From positions 62,930,001-62,994,000 of the forward strand of contig CM126223.1 of NCBI GenBank assembly GCA_052327205.1: a stretch of DNA of 64,000 bases, written 5' to 3'. The notes under the pieces were generated by a model. It ran no database searches. It saw only the letters and a list, made by a program, of their open reading frames with translations, and was not told the DNA's origin. A program made the translations under genes and the position numbers. The stretch is from Somniosus microcephalus. Taxonomy: Eukaryota. Below, piece by piece: positions 61,716 through 64,000 of the stretch; position 1 is the stretch's first letter; every line of letters starts with the position of its first letter.

Positions 61716-62301
61716 AACAACAGAAAATGTTGGAAAAACTCAGCAGGCCAGGCAACATCCGTGGAGAGAAAATAGAGTCAACGTTTCGGGTCAAACTCTT
61801 TGTCAAGACTAGAAAAGCACAGGAAATGAAATAGATTAAGAGGCTGGGCTGGGAGAGAACAAAAGAGAAGTGAAGAGACATTAAGAGGTATTCAAAACGA
61901 GACGAGATGGTGATCGGACTAGTGGAGACAAAAGATGGCTCTAGATTAGGTGTGAAATGCGCTGGCAGAATGGGGGACAGCTGCCATGTGGGAGAGAAAC
62001 CCCATTCTGCCAGCGGATTTCACACCTAATCTAGAGACGTCTTTTGTCTCCACTAGTCCTATCACCATCTCGTCTCGTTTTGAATACCTCTTAATGTCTC
62101 TTCACTTCTCTTTTGTTCTCTCCCAGCCTGGCCTTTTAATCTATTTCATTTTCTGTGCATTTTCAGTCTTGACAAAGGGTTTGACCCGAAACGTTGACTC
62201 TATTTCTCTCTCCACGGATGTTGCCTGGCCTGCTGAGTTTTTCCAGCATTTTCTGTTGATATTTCGGATTTCCAGCATCTGCAGTATTTTGCTATCGCAC
62301 T
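61716..62301. mobile_element. Penelope-like foldback element with hammerhead-like motifs
   Basis: ~260-bp inverted arms (61718-61975 and 62000-62260); 12-bp flanking direct repeat aatgttacaagt (61704-61715, 62302-62313). Confidence 0.8.
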
Positions 62302-62367
62302 AATGTTACAAGTCTTGGGTGTGCCTTAGATGTTCTCTTAGGTACAGTGGTGCTAGTCACTCCCTTT

Positions 62368-62823
62368 AGAAAGTCTTGCATTTATATAGCGCCTTTCACG
62401 ACCTCAGGATGTCCCAAAATGCTTTACAGCCAACAAAGTACTTTTGAAGTGTAGGCACTGTTGTAATGTAGGAGACACAGCAGCCAATTTGTGCACAGCA
62501 AGCTCCCACAAACAGCAATGAAATAAATGACCAGATAATGTGTTTTAGGCGTTGGATGAGGGATTAATGTTGGTCGGGGCGCAGGGAGAACTCCCCTGCT
62601 CTTCTTCGAATAGTACTGTGGGATCTTTTACATTCACCTGAGAGAGCAGACGGGGCCTGGGTTTAACGTCTCATCCGAAAGACGGCACCTCTGACAGTGC
62701 AGTACTCCCTCAGCACTGCACTGGGAGTGTCGGCGTTGGTTTTGTGCTCAAGTCCCTGGAGTGGGATTGAACCCCCGACTCCTAATGCAGAGGCGAGAGT
62801 GCTACCACTGAGCCATGGCTGAC
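62368..62823 (-). mobile_element. SacSINE1-like DeuSINE
   Basis: Full head, Deu-domain and tail on the minus strand. Confidence 0.88.
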
Positions 62824-63549
62824 AAAAAAAAAGGGCATCGATGTCCTCCCAGCACTGTGTTCTGATGCAAAATATTTCTTTCCACTCGCATTGTAGCAAT
62901 GAAAAATTCTCTAAGGCATGCTTTTCTTTCATGCAGTCAATCCTTTTAAGATATCCCCACTGGCAGGCAGTGTTATTGAGCGGTTTAATGCAACTTTTAT
63001 GCTTTCTCTATATACCTTGAGGTTTTGTTTTATTACTTTTTTCTCCCGAGTTAATTCTCCCAGCCAAGAGAGTGGAATGGTGTAGCCCTAAACATCTCCA
63101 CAGACACCACCCCTGGCGCACTTCAATGACCAGCGAAAGGGACCCTCTTTCCTTTGGGCTGTTTTGTGTCCCTGCAGCAGATGCCATGAAATATGAGCAA
63201 AGGTGCGACCTGAGCTGAGGTCATGCCTGGCTGAGAGTCAAACACTTCTGCTGAGAGTTGTTGTTACGGAGCTGTCTGATTTGCTGAAATACTCCAAATC
63301 CTCGAAGATATTCTTGCAGCTTCTGTTGAGAACACATTCTGCGGTGCTTTGTAAAATGAGCTGTAAATTCTTTCAGAGTCATGCCCAGTAGGTTCTGTTC
63401 TGACAATTTAATCTCATTTTAAAAATGACAGTGAACTATTCTGGAGGCAGGAGAAAATGACTTTAAAAAAAAAAAACAACCTAACCTTTAAAATCCTGAT
63501 GGAACTGATGAAAATGTGCCAGTCACTGCAGAAGGAAGGAATACACATT

Positions 63550-64000
63550 GGGTCGTATATTCCGATGTCTACGGCTGTGTACACGCAGTGCACACACGCC
63601 AAGCGCATGCGCTGAAAACCGGCATTTCCGATCTGTCTCGAATCCTCTGGACAGACTGGACGCCTGCCCTGGAGAAGGGCCTCTGCGAGTGGATAGTTTC
63701 GCTTTCTGCAGAACCTCCGCCCGCAGAAAACCCTTAGAAATCTTACGGCATAAGGCCTGCTTTTACCAGCATAAGATTTGAAAAAAGTTTAAAAAAAATG
63801 TTTTTCACTCACTTATCATTTAAAAATATTTTTTAAAAAGGTAAGTTTATTTTTAGCCCTGTAAAAAAATTTAATTATTTTTTTCAAAAGATTAAATTTT
63901 TGTTTAAAATATTTAATTTATTGTAATTTCAACTCATTTTAAAAATGTGATAATGTATTTAATGTTTTACAGTGTTTTTGGGGTGATCTCCATTCATATA
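63550..64000. mobile_element. Harbinger-like MITE running off the window end
   Basis: Begins att|gggtcgtatattcc; shares taaggcctgcttttaccagc with 11597-12330 and ggtaagtttatttttagccc with 52940-54044. Confidence 0.6.

Noticed and set aside
63203-63406. Short ORFs as a possible exon
   Set aside because: No recognisable homology or convincing splice context.

Overview
This is eukaryotic, repeat-dense genomic DNA, almost certainly from a cartilaginous fish (shark or ray), judged from HE1/V-SINEs, SacSINE1-like DeuSINEs and abundant CR1/L2 LINE debris. I found no convincing host exon and no prokaryotic features; there is one 134-nt assembly gap. The window holds a full-length but disrupted Tx1/L1-clade LINE (5564-11370, -) inserted into the tRNA-derived head of a SINE, and a Mag-type Ty3/Gypsy LTR element with gag-pol (27620-32677, +). 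Most notably, it holds two related, recently inserted non-autonomous LTR elements (20393-25553, -; 47531-52263, +). In these two, RT-RNaseH-integrase is replaced, in frame with gag-protease, by a mosaic coiled-coil ORF that appears stitched from host mRNA fragments: STK10-like, ANKRD24/RAI14-like, EVI5-like and a DNAJC21-like zinc finger with a basic tail. Also present are Harbinger-like MITEs with 3-bp TSDs, a solo LTR, an RTE fragment, and Penelope-type elements with hammerhead-ribozyme-like motifs, one of them a ~590-bp foldback. Family and homolog names come from my recall of the sequences, not from database searches, and identities were counted by eye.
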